NCBI GenBank assembly: GCA_000934665.2
Contig: JYFJ02003363.1
Span: 1 to 43,012 of the forward strand
DNA length: 43,012 nt
From: Catajapyx aquilonaris
Taxonomy: Eukaryota
Reading direction: 5' to 3'
Part shown: positions 1-10,906 of the stretch, in pieces
How the letters are laid out: each line of letters begins with the position of its first letter
How positions within the stretch are numbered: position 1 is the stretch's first letter
Made by a program: the position numbers and the translations under genes
Notes under the pieces: model-generated
Seen by the model: the letters and a program-made list of their open reading frames with translations, nothing else
Told to the model about the DNA's origin: nothing
Database searches by the model: none

Positions 1-1269
1 TAACACTGATTGAACTGGACCACTCCGGATTAAATTGGCTACAGGGTGATCCATCAATGCAATACGCGCCTATAGCCATTACTACGATGTTTGTTCATTA
101 CTAGAGCAAAAGAGATCAAAACTGTAGTCTACAACCTCTCAGAGACTCCGAATGTAATCAAGCGATGCCAAACTCGCCCATCTCTTCCGTTCTTTGTGGG
201 CCACCTTAGAGGACCAAAAAAGGGGCGCCCACTGTCAACTTTCCTGATCAATTCGGGAAACTCCAGGTTTCAAGTGGTTACTTCGAGGTTAACTCACTTC
301 TTTTTACACACACAAGGACGAGTAGGATTTTCTCTTTGCAAGAGGGAGCTTATGATGTGGACACACTCTGCTAGCCCAATTCTTGTGGTTTAAGGAATCC
401 CTCCTTGGAATTGGGCGAAGGCAACTGGGCCAGCTAACAGTTGAATCGGATTCCGACCGTGGTCTACTTTGCAACCGCGGTCTGAGGCCGTGCCTTCCAT
501 AATTGATAGAAAATGTGACGCCTGCGGGGAACAGTCCGATTCCAAGCCGCTATATATATACGATCCGGCTTCGTTGTCGGAGTTATTTTCAGGCTTCCAT
601 TCCGCTATTTTTTCTGGCCATCTCTACCTGGTGCACGTTGAATAGTGCCATACTGCAGTGGGCTCATAGAGAGTAATGTTGTGGAGCCCGTGGCTGTAAT
701 GTACGCCGCTGCATTTGGAGTGCTAATGGAAGCTCTGTGGCCCCTCTACATTTCCCAGCTGACCCGGACCGACGGTTTCAATGTGCATCCGGAAACATAC
801 TCTAAATAGCTCTATGCAGTGCAAGCAATTGTTTGTTAAAGGGGCGGACAGAATGGCCTCCGGGTTGGCCGGTCTGCTGCTGCAAAAATAAGTAAATCAT
901 GCTGTTTCACACTTGCAAATACATTGTGCGGTTTTCCAGTATCTTTGCGCAATGCAACCAACATGGCGGAGGGGGACACAAAATCAAGTTAACGCTGTTT
1001 TAAAATGGTTGTGATTTGGTTACGTTACAGGTCGGATTATTTGGTAACTGCACAATTCTGTGGCGACGCGGCAAAGGCGATTATATACATCCTTTTCAAG
1101 CTAGTGAAAGCCACCTGTACTAACGCCTAAAGCTAAAGTTACGTTTTCGTGAATATATTGTAGCTATGCATTTACTGGCGCAATGGATTCAAGTAAAGCA
1201 AGGGAAATGAGATAAATTCATTGCGAAATATTTCCTGTTCTAGATTCATAAGATCTGAATTTCACTTGT

Positions 1270-1413
1270 GTGCTATTGCCCTCGGATATTATCTAGGTTG
1301 TCAAAATCACTTTCTGTGTTTATATAACGCCAGGTATTACACTGTCTGGTCCAGTTTTTAAACTGTAATATTGGACGAGTCACCGTCATTATTTTAAAAT
1401 GATAATAAAAAGC
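1270..1413 (-). mobile_element. Decayed Gypsy pol relic, RT/RNase H junction
   Basis: Minus-strand translation AFYYHFKIMTVTRPILQFKNWTRQ...YINTESDF resembles the Gypsy consensus AF..LK..L...PIL..PD..K.F.L.TDASD. Not in the ORF track; by-eye match. Confidence 0.4.
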
Positions 1414-3138
1414 CTAATTACTTGTCAGACACAATCATAGTCATTTCATAGAGGTAATTAATTATGCCTGCCTTTATGAACTAGACGTCCAATTTTTGTA
1501 CAACCCACGCAATATTCAACCCCCACATAAAAACCAGGCTCCAAAAATGCTCCCAAACTCCCTCGCACAATTGACCTTTTTTTCCCCTCCTCCCCATCCC
1601 AACCCTAATACATTCGAGAGAGATGCAGTGCACAGCAGTCGTAACGGTCACTTGTTCAGCCCCAGTCCCTATGTATTATACACGTCCCTGCCAGTCTGGC
1701 ACTTTTCGCCGACATTTATTTCCAAAGCATGCCCCAGAGTGGCAGGCAGTAAAAAGTTGCCTTCAGTCCACTTGCACCCCAAGTGACCTCTCAGTACACC
1801 GGTCTGTACTTGAGTTTTTGGTGGGAGAGTTTGGAGTTGAAAGTTTAAGAGTAAAGAAGGTGGTTTAGGTATATGGGGAGGGTTAGGTGGTAGAGGGTGG
1901 TGGGGAGGTGAGGCTGTGCCGCAGCTGCAGTCCATTCAGGCCTGGCTGCTGCCTCTTCCGCAAAAGCTAGCCTCACCAGAACGGGTCGATGTTGTGTCGC
2001 CACGCATGCGTTTCTCATGCAACTTTCCCACCAGGAGCCCAAAGCCTGGGACATATTGGGCGAAGGATTCCCTCTCAGCCTACCTTCCACAAAAAAAAGA
2101 AGGGAAGAAGAGGATTGCCAACGTACCACTTTTTCCACATGGGACACAAAAAAGAGCATTTTCTGAATTTTTTGGGAGGAATCGAGAGAAATTCCAATAA
2201 CGGGGAAAGTGTCAGGTGGACCTCAAGCAGTGGCTTTCCAATGAAAAAGGGAGGGGGTCCAAGGGTGCCGTAGTTGACTGAGTGTCGCATGGGTTAGTTC
2301 CGAGTGTGGAAACGGCCCGTTTGGGTCGTAAATGAAGAGACGAGGCCGTTGGGAACACTTGCACTGATGTGAAGAGGCTAACGTCACAGTCTCCAATGAG
2401 GAAGAACCAGATGGTTCCAAAAAAGGAAGAAAGACTGAGATGTCTCTCCACTTGAGATGCACGATCTTAATTCTTCAGTCTGATGGTTCTATAAACCGGG
2501 GGATGATAGCATCTCTAGTCACGGAACTACCACAAATCAGGGATGGTATGTTACAGATTGGGGTTTTTACGAGGCGTGAGTCTTTGCCGGGAATACCTTA
2601 TCAAAAAGGATAATCGATGCTGACATGATGAAATATATGTCGGGCTTGATCCGTCTGGATTACCTGCCTCTGGAAGCGGAGGTTAACTTCAGGCAATATA
2701 TGTCGTGTCATTTGAAGCTAAACGCATACTAATTCAAACTCATATGAGTAGGCAAATTGGAATGCTGCAATAACAAAGGCACTGCGGCGGGTACAGTACT
2801 GTACAAACTGAGAGTCATATAATATTCATGACAGCAAAGGTTACTGTCATTCACCCTGACTTATTGTGTACACATAAATGGTGCTTATATCAAATTTCAC
2901 TTATGCTTCTCTGCAGTGACTGACCAGTGTGTTCAACTTTTGCGACTGTAAGGAAGGCCGGCAGATTGTTTCATTTGTAGGTAAAAGTACCATTAGCGAA
3001 ATGAGTTAGCTGATATTGCTTTTATTAGACTTGAATCGTGGATTCAAGCTGACACGGGAGTTAGTGATACGGTGTATGATTTGGATTAAAACGTTCCCAG
3101 GATATACCCTCTCATAGGTACAGAATAATTCGCAATTC

Positions 3139-3372
3139 CTAATCAACATTAATTGAAACAAGCAATAATCCTAGCACCTTTAAAATGCTATCTTGTGAAA
3201 AAATCCACTTTCTCAAAAGTTGATCATCAAGCCTTAAAGTAATTGTATCCGCACATAAAATTTTGCACTGTGATATAGTTGATGTAGACAACTCATCATC
3301 TACGTTTCGGTGTTTCCATGATACACACACAGTAATGACATTATTTGCAATCCTCAAAAAGGAGAGGAACAC
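3139..3372 (-). mobile_element. Decayed Gypsy (Mag-like) gag relic
   Basis: NVDDELSTSTISQCKILCADTITLRLDDQLLRKWIFSQDS aligns with the gag motif VD.F...L..LA..C.F....RD.IVLGL.D..LR.KLLS.D (core 3190-3249). CpG-poor patch. Confidence 0.4.
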
Positions 3373-4394
3373 ACAGGACGACTACACATCAAGCAGTAAC
3401 TTAATAATTATTCGTCCGGATTGTTGACTGTCGTTAGGTTTTAAATTACTCGAATGTGGTCATGTCCAGAATAATATTTTGTGTGAACAAGCAAATAAGC
3501 TCGTGTTAGTTCCGATCTGCAGGTTTGTACGCAGGATTCTAGTGAGCTGACTTGATTTATTAACCCAAAAAAAAAAAAAACTTTAATAAGTGCCGACGCA
3601 CATTAATATTGTCAGAGTGTCCTACTAAAAAGCTCTCTATCTTGTCCTCCTAAACACAACACATTGCAATGAATATGTGGCGATAGAGTGTTACACCCCC
3701 GTCCTAATTATGCATCATAAATCACCTGGAGGGTAAGGACGCCCCAGATTTGCAATACTCAAATTACTGCAGGGAAGGCATACCCCACGAAAAAACACCA
3801 TGTAACACGCTGTAAAATTCGCTGTAAAGGCAATTCATCACATAATTTTCTGCAAGTTAATTAAATTCGCCTTCGATTCTAAGAATGTCAGAATTAATAA
3901 TTATGCATGCCGAATTCATAACCCAACTTATTAACAAGATAAAGAGAGAGAAAAATGGATGTACTGAGCGGTTGAACTCTCCGCATTCTTTTTCATTACC
4001 CTACAAAAAGTTTGGGGGGCCCCTTGGGCCTCTTCACGCTCTTCATCCTTCCAAACGGCTCCGCAAAATCCATTAATAAATTCCTGAAGACCGCATCTAA
4101 TCTAAATGAAAACGCGTGCTTCAGGCCGCCTCTCTACAAAAGCAGAATTTGCAAAAATGAGTGGAAGGAGCGAGATCCTGCAATAGCCATCCAAAAAAAG
4201 AGGGGATATTGCAAATTCGCAGGTGACTGTCATTACTCAACAAAAAATTTTACCGTTCTGTCAAAGTATTTTTTTCCTGCCAAAAAAATGCATCGAGTGT
4301 TGTAAAACAGACGTAGGCTATATAGTCGTGCTTCGTGATTCACTTTTATGGGCCCAGGCTACTGCCCTCGTAAAGTAGTTCGAAGCCGTCTCCA

Positions 4395-4545
4395 ACTAGA
4401 CTTAAATCTACTCCTGCATTTTTGATGGAGATGTTGGCTCCAGCAAGAGATGGCTCCCCCAAAAAATTTGCAAAAAATTATGATATGATTTTTTTAAAAG
4501 GATGGTTCCCTTTCTGAAATGGTTTTGATGAGTAATGCAAGCCCC
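4395..4545 (+). mobile_element. Possible decayed Gypsy RNase H C-terminal relic
   Basis: Frameshifted pieces KRWL, LQK, YDMI and SEMVL occur in the order expected for QRW.L.LQ.YD..I.Y.PG.EM.LAD. Needs several frameshifts, so weak. Confidence 0.2.
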
Positions 4546-5267
4546 TCCTTTTGATTAGCACGTACCACGCTTAGTCTGGTAGGATGCTTATTCGCTGAAT
4601 TCGATTGCTGTGCAAATGTGTAATCATTACCTCACTCCGAAGGTTCATAAAGGCCAGCGCAAATTACCGGAGGAAGTTGCTTCCTGCGAATCCGCCCAAT
4701 TAGCAGAACACCCTGGACAGGTGTCATGCTTAATTAACTTCATTTTCAGCGGTGGGAATGGGAACCCAGAAGGTATAGAGTGAGCTGCTGGGAATGTCCA
4801 TATTGGAGGACACTACTTGGTACAAGACTTTTGTCGTTTCTTTACTGATAGGTAATTGGTCGAAGCCAATTTTTTTTTTGTTGCGAGCTCGTTCCTCTGA
4901 CTGTTCCCCACATAATCAGCTTGGGTCGGAGTATTGATGCAAGAGAGCGATTTGCAATGCAGATGAAGGGCGCAGCGGGAATGGTGGTGGCAGTCGGGGA
5001 GCAATTGATCAAAATCACCAGGTTAACACCGATCCACTCGTGTTGACCCTTGCCACCTATCAAATGGGGGTCACACCCGGATTCCAGACTCTTGCAGGGG
5101 ACCCGTAACATCTCCCTTAACTATTAGCTCCCACCAAATTAATTAGCACTCATCCTCCTGTATAGCGATCACACCTGGGGTTGCTCATGCTGTAAACTGT
5201 AAAATGCGCGGTACTAACGGAATTGGTGTGACAATTTTTTTTTTGTTCAAACAATGGTGTCTACAGT

Positions 5268-5442
5268 AACAATCTGATACTGTACAATGGAGAGCTTATT
5301 CACCAAAAAATGTCGTGCAAATGGACATAACATGCCAAGAATTACTGTACGAGTAGTAATCCTCAAAGAGCGAATTTTAACTCATGAAACTTGCAACCGG
5401 TTGTGTCGAAGAGCAGCTTAAGGTACCTACACTCCAGGATAA
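5268..5442 (+). mobile_element. Decayed Gypsy (Mag-like) integrase N-terminal (HHCC) relic
   Basis: One frame at 5350-5439 reads RVVILKERILTHETCNRLCRRAA*GTYTPG versus consensus RVVIP..LR..IL..LH..H.G..KC..RAR..VYWPG. Preceded by LLY (5342-5350) and NNLILYNGELI (from 5268). Confidence 0.45.
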
Positions 5443-6685
5443 TGAGCTCAATTAGTCTTGGAGGCAAAGAGGTGGACGGTGGCAAATGATTGCACTTCCG
5501 TACTCACTTCCGATTTGCATAAGACACGTCACGCCCTGAATGGTAGCAAAGTGGACCCGTTGGACCCAACCCACTGACTTTTGTCAACAGAATGCTCTGG
5601 ACTAGAGGAGGGGGAAAAAAAGAGACACTGGAGACCACAACTTGCAACAGCTGCTGTCGGGATGATGCCATGCACTTGTTTTCCTGGAGAAAAATGATGG
5701 CTGCTTTTAATGAAGGGCGTCACCAGATGAGCGACGGCGATGAAAGTGCCCGGATAGGCCACGCAATATTTTTAAAAAATAGGACCGGGGCCATGGCTAA
5801 AATCAATATCAAATCAGGGGTGTAGCCTGAAAGTAGGCCAATCCATGAAGCAAAGTCTACAAAATTAACAGATGTTTAACTCAAAGTCTGGACTTAAAAC
5901 TATTGATTTAAGGAGCAGCTAATCAACGGGGGGTGCCAGGTATAGGATGGTGGGGATTTAATTTAAGAAACGAGTTGTTAACAACTGGCCCTAGTGGTTG
6001 CTCATTCAAACTTTCCCCCGCCGTTTTCCTAGGCGACCTTTATTAAAGCCTCAAGTTTTGAATTAGGGGCGCGCTTTATTGGCTGCGCAACTGCAATGGA
6101 AAATTGGTTCGGAATATGAGAGAGGGAAGGGCTGCTGGCGCCAGGAAGCATTTTCTGGGTGGAAAACGCCGATCAAGCCGATTCTTCTCCACTCGCTCAG
6201 CAAAATTTTCTGCGCGACACTTCAACCCTGATATGGGGTCCCTTCTTCTAACCGACTCCTCCCCCACGCCCCCACCTCAACAACCAGCCAGAAAATCTAA
6301 GCTTCCCAGACCTCTCCTAGCAAGTTTCGAGGCGCCGCAAACCGCATCGGTGTTTTGGTAAAGATTGGAAGCCAGATAAGTTCATTTCGCGACGAAACCT
6401 CTAGGAATATTAGGCTTTAATTATTAGATTTGAAAGTGAGAGAAACTCCCCCCCAAAAGTTTTGGGTTTCACTTTGCCTGGAATATCAATGAGTGTCCTG
6501 ATTAACCAAACGCACAATTTGAGAGTCTAATATTGATAAACCCTCCTCTCAGCGGGCATGGAAGCAAACATTGACGTTTTGCACTAATAATTTCGCGTAT
6601 TTTGTGCAACGTTACACATCAAATACTGCGCTGGAATCAAGCTAGTTGCAGGCATAACTAGTTAGTCACAGGTTGGAAATCAAGC

Positions 6686-6780
6686 ACTGGCATAAGAGTA
6701 GGTAAGGTTTGGTTCTCTTTAAACTGGTGTTGCAAAAAACAACCTGCAGTATTTGCATGTGGATTTGGATAGTACACCAT
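6686..6780 (-). mobile_element. Decayed Gypsy RNase H N-terminal relic
   Basis: VYYPNPHANTAGCFLQHQFKENQTLP, then after a frameshift SYAS, versus HYDP....DAS..G.VL.H.F.DG.E.PI.YAS. Confidence 0.35.
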
Positions 6781-7653
6781 CGTGTTTTTTTTTTCAAAAA
6801 AAAAACTCGTTCATAGTCCACGAATGCACAGAGGTGGACGCCCTGGTAATAGCTCTCTTCCGTCTCTCCGCGGTAAAAAAATTCGCAAAATTCCAATTTT
6901 TAAAACTAGAAAGGCGGCTCCGCTCTCTAATAAATTAATCTGCAGGATCAGGCTCGGTCACGTGGAAGCACGAGAAAGCACTCAAGTCTGAATTGGTATG
7001 CGAAGGAGCTTGCCCGGAACGCGGTCGACACTCTTGAGAAGACGGAAAACTATTGCGCAGATCGTGTTCTGACTCCCAAAAGGCGTCACATCCATGTCGC
7101 TTTAAATGCCTCTCGCGGGGGTCACCCCGTGTCTTTGTTAGAGCATGACTCCCAGATGCACTGGTCACACGCGCGTAAAATGTGATGGGCAGATACCCCG
7201 GACTAATAGAGCAAGATGATAGATCGCGATCCGGACATTAAATCAAACCGATTAAAGGGAAAAAGGGGGGGAATTCCCGGTTTGGGAAAGCCATCTATTC
7301 TCGTTAGAAGAAGCTCCCCATTGGATAGCTTACTCGACACAGTCTCTAACTTGCGTGTTTACTTTCGAAAATGTCGCACCATAAAGAATTACTTACGTGG
7401 CAGTGGCTCTCGAGTGGTACCAACTTGATTCCCCAAATGCACGTGCCGTTCACCCCAAGTACAAGTTCAGCAAATCTGTTCTGAAATTCTACAGGGTCCT
7501 CGGAAAAGAAAGGCTTTACAACCATTAAAGTTAGGTTAGGGTTATGGGCAAAACTTCCCACAATTTTCATGATTTCTGTACTTTAGCTCCCAATTCAATT
7601 CGGAATAAACAGAAATTGCTAACCTTTCTACCAACTGCTTGTGCTTTTAAGCA

Positions 7654-7680
7654 CTTACGTATGAGGGCTTACGTATGAGG
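7654..7680. repeat. Perfect 13-bp direct duplication (period 14)
   Basis: CTTACGTATGAGG at 7654-7666 and 7668-7680. Confidence 0.9.
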
Positions 7681-8665
7681 ACTGTAATATAAAAAACCGG
7701 GCTTAAAACTGGCAATATTTTAGTTCCGTGTCAGATTCAAGCCCAGGGTCCCAATTAGCAGGCATAAAGCCCTGAGGTCTTAGTAGTCCCGAGGTCGCGT
7801 TTCGTTGCTTCCCAAAAGGGCTGCCAGGATGGCTCATATTTCATGTTCATAACCGTTGCATTTTGAAGCCCGACCTTAATGAGTGCCGACAGATTCATTA
7901 AGAAAAACATAGGGTCTTGCAGGGTCACTGCTGGCGAGAGGAGTATGACTCTCCATTGTAAAATCGACAAAAGCGGTTGGGGCTCACCTTTCACGGGGTA
8001 TTACAAGAGATATTCCTGCTTCATTTTGGCAGCTCACAAATCAGAAAGGGAAGGGAGAACCTTAACCATATCTGATGGCCCGAGAAAAAAACTTCGGGAG
8101 ATGCTGTGCTTCGGTCTGAAAGTTACAAATTATTGTTGTGACAGAGACGAGACGATTAGAACCGGTATTTTTCTCTTCTCTTTCTCTCTGGCGCTGGTTG
8201 TGATCTGCCGAAAGATCTTTTGAGGTCAGAATAGCGCTTGGATTTTTTTCGATCGATGCCATTTGAAGTGAACCATCTCAGGTTGCCGTCTCCCAAGGCA
8301 AACATTCCCGTGCAGAAACACGGTACCAAACCAGGTCCGTACAAAAAAAATTGCAAGGTTCCGCCTCTCCGGTCATGAATATTACTCGGGCTTTGCGCAG
8401 AATAAAATAAAGTCAAATTTCATTACCGGGGCCAGGGCAAGGCCTCTCCCTGCCACAGGCGGATGGATTTTAATTCAAAAGTAATAACCTCGTTAAGTAT
8501 CTTTTGGGACGTGCAAGACTTGTCCGGGACAGCTCCAGAGAGCCTGGCGAAACTGGAGCAACGCAGTTTGCGCAACTTTGTCTGGTAGTTACGGCTTGCT
8601 GGTGACGTATCGCTTCTCATTAGTGAATTGCCATACGGTGCAATGCACCACGGGTTTATTGCAGG

Positions 8666-8860
8666 GTGTTCCCTTGGCAGTATGTCCTCAGGCCACTAGG
8701 ATCAAACAAGGCAAAATGCAAGAACCAGGACTGTCGAGACTGGAATAGCCTCGAGCAACGCCTACTATTACATTATAATATCCAAACTTCAGAGGAAGTA
8801 ACAAGATTATTGAAACTAGACCAAGCACCAAAAACTGCAATAACATTTGCCATGGAGTGG
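8666..8860 (+). mobile_element. Decayed Gypsy gag (capsid) relic
   Basis: WQYVLRPLGSNKAK...DCRDWNSLEQRLLLHYNIQTSEE...TFA resembles the Gypsy/Gmr1-type capsid pattern W...L.PLL.GKA.......DY..LK..LL..Y.LT.E....FA. Confidence 0.45.
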
Positions 8861-9540
8861 TCAGCGTCGTTGTAATGCGCTAGGGTTTTTCCCTCTACCC
8901 CTGAATGAAGCCGGGGGCTAACGTCATTTGCATATTACATCGGTTGTGTACAAAAACAGTTAATGTTTTCAGTTCTCTGGAAAGCACAATTAATTCCCTC
9001 CAATAAAAAGGCTTAGCCGGTTTTGGACAGGGGCGCGTAATTTTGGAAGCAGCTGCATGTATAAAACCGCACTCGGAGGAAGTAAATCCATAAAATAATT
9101 AAGTCCGGTTCATTTTGCAAAGCGATCCATGCAGCTTAGACTCATTTCACGGGATAGCTACTCAGATAAGCTACTGCGTAGAGGTGAAACACAAACGAAC
9201 ACAAAGCAACACATTTCTGTACCATCCGACAGGAGGCGAATGCGATCATTGTTGTATGACAGATTTCTGGATTTTGCTCTAAAATGACTAACAATATAGG
9301 TAATATTACCTCGAAAAACAATGAACGATTGCTCAGTCGAAAGATTATGCTACATTTTCATAACGATACAGAGTAAAACAACACATTTCACGGCAACTAA
9401 TCACGCAACGGCTGCAGGGAAATCTCCCACGCAATCAAACAGTATATCAACTTTTTGTTGTAAGCCAATTAAAAGTGATCGTTGATTTTTAAATTAGGAG
9501 AGGCTTGGTTAAAACCAGGTAATACAGGAAGCGAATTTTC

Positions 9541-9955
9541 AGAGCATCAGCAACAGATACTGTGCTGGCATCTTTGAAATTGCAGAATAATGAATTTCAG
9601 ACTAACAACAGCATGCAGTGTACGCGTGCTCTGCCTACTGTAGCATTTTATGAAAACATCTGAGCTTCTGATTGTGAGAGGCTTGTTACTGTATGGAAAA
9701 TATTGATACCTGCCTTCATGCAGGTAAAGGCCGCCTTTAAAATTATTTGAAGTTTTCAAAAACTGACACTCCTTGTGCTTCTTTCATATTCACCAGCTCA
9801 GAATGACTCCAAATCCATCCCTTGGCAGCATTCATATAGTTGCTAAGAAACTTCCTCAAATTCTCACAATATTTCTGCTGACGTATTTTGCTGGTATAGG
9901 GTCAATTTATGCCTATACTGGGTAAAGCCTTTTGATACAATATTAAGACACCCAT
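9541..9955 (+). mobile_element. Decayed Gypsy (Mag/K02A2.6-like) pol: RNase H-integrase linker, CxxC and start of integrase core
   Basis: Collinear frameshifted motifs: ATDTVLASLK (near 9550), SELLIVRGLLLYGK (9659-9700), ILIP (9700-9711), TPC (9768-9776), LRMTPNPS (9797-9820), PWQ (9820-9828), IHI (9830-9838). These follow the order D.VL..LK / ELS..DGLLL.G.RIVIP / CxxC / PL..TP.P..PWQ.V.ID. Only 4 CpG in 9541-9990. Confidence 0.6.
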
Positions 9956-10339
9956 CAGGATAGACCTATACTTTCTCATGTGACAGTTACATTATACAAA
10001 ATTCTCTCATTTTTGGCCGCTATATTAGTCGTTTCTAAATGTTTGTTTGGATTAAATCAATGGCACCGGCAAGCACTGGCACACCTACGCATTCTTCTTA
10101 TTAGTATAGCCTAGATTTGTACTAATCCTCTTACATTGACGTCAAAGCAAGGCACAGGAAAATACAACTTGATCTGCTGAAAGCTGAATATGCATAAGTA
10201 GCTGTACAGTCGCTAATTTTACGCATCTCTTAATTACACAGGAAGAACATGATCATTTTTACACTAAAAGGTTATCATAATACTAATATTTCGTGGTTAA
10301 TGCATCACTATAGCATACATTTTGATGCAATAAAGATAA

Positions 10340-10540
10340 CCCAAGGAGGAATAAGCAAAACGCAATATGGGACCCACTTTATAGCTTACACCACCTAGTA
10401 AATCATTATACCGGCTAGGCACTTGGGAATTCAACAAGGCGATTGCCCAGGAATGAAATTCAACCGGGAGTATTCCACACCCTACATCAAAAGTCATCTG
10501 GCAGCAACGCGCAAATAATCGTCTCATAGAGCACCGCCAA
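10340..10540 (+). mobile_element. Decayed LTR-retrotransposon integrase catalytic core (rve) relic
   Basis: PKE (10340), then one frame with GTHF (10369-10380), two stops, LGIQ (10423-10434) and YSTPY (10471-10485); after frameshifts HQKSSG and QRANNRLIE (from 10505). Matches P.EI.SD.G..F...GI....STPYHPQSNG..ER.N..L. Confidence 0.55.
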
Positions 10541-10823
10541 GATGCACTGTAATGAGCAATGGCCCCCTACCAAACATTCAGAGTCAATTCCATGTAAATC
10601 AAAGTCACGCCTGCATTTCATGGGCCCCCGTCACCCCTGTACCTCCCGCAGTATTTTTTACGTGATAAAATACAGAACGAGATTAAATTTCCCTCTCAAG
10701 TGAGATTAAGTTGATCCCCGAATTTCTCAATGTCTCTCCGGCATAGATTAGCCCGCAGGAGGTCCGAATAAAGAGCGAGAACGTGCGAAAACTGGGAATT
10801 TGGGCATGAAATATGAGAGTGCC

Positions 10824-10828
<5 letters not shown>

Positions 10829-10887
<59 letters not shown>

Positions 10888-10906
10888 TCCCCCTCCCTCT
10901 CTCTCT
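10829..10906. repeat. (CT)n microsatellite / homopyrimidine tract
   Basis: (CT)27 perfect at 10829-10882, imperfect pyrimidine-only continuation to 10906. Confidence 0.98.

Noticed and set aside
7531..7544. TTAGG/TTAGGG telomere-like words
   Set aside because: Only two units; not an interstitial telomeric array.
8666..10540. A single Gmr1-order element (gag-PR-INT with no RT between)
   Set aside because: The segment before the integrase matches the Mag-type post-RNase H linker, and 8880-9540 looks non-coding and CpG-rich.
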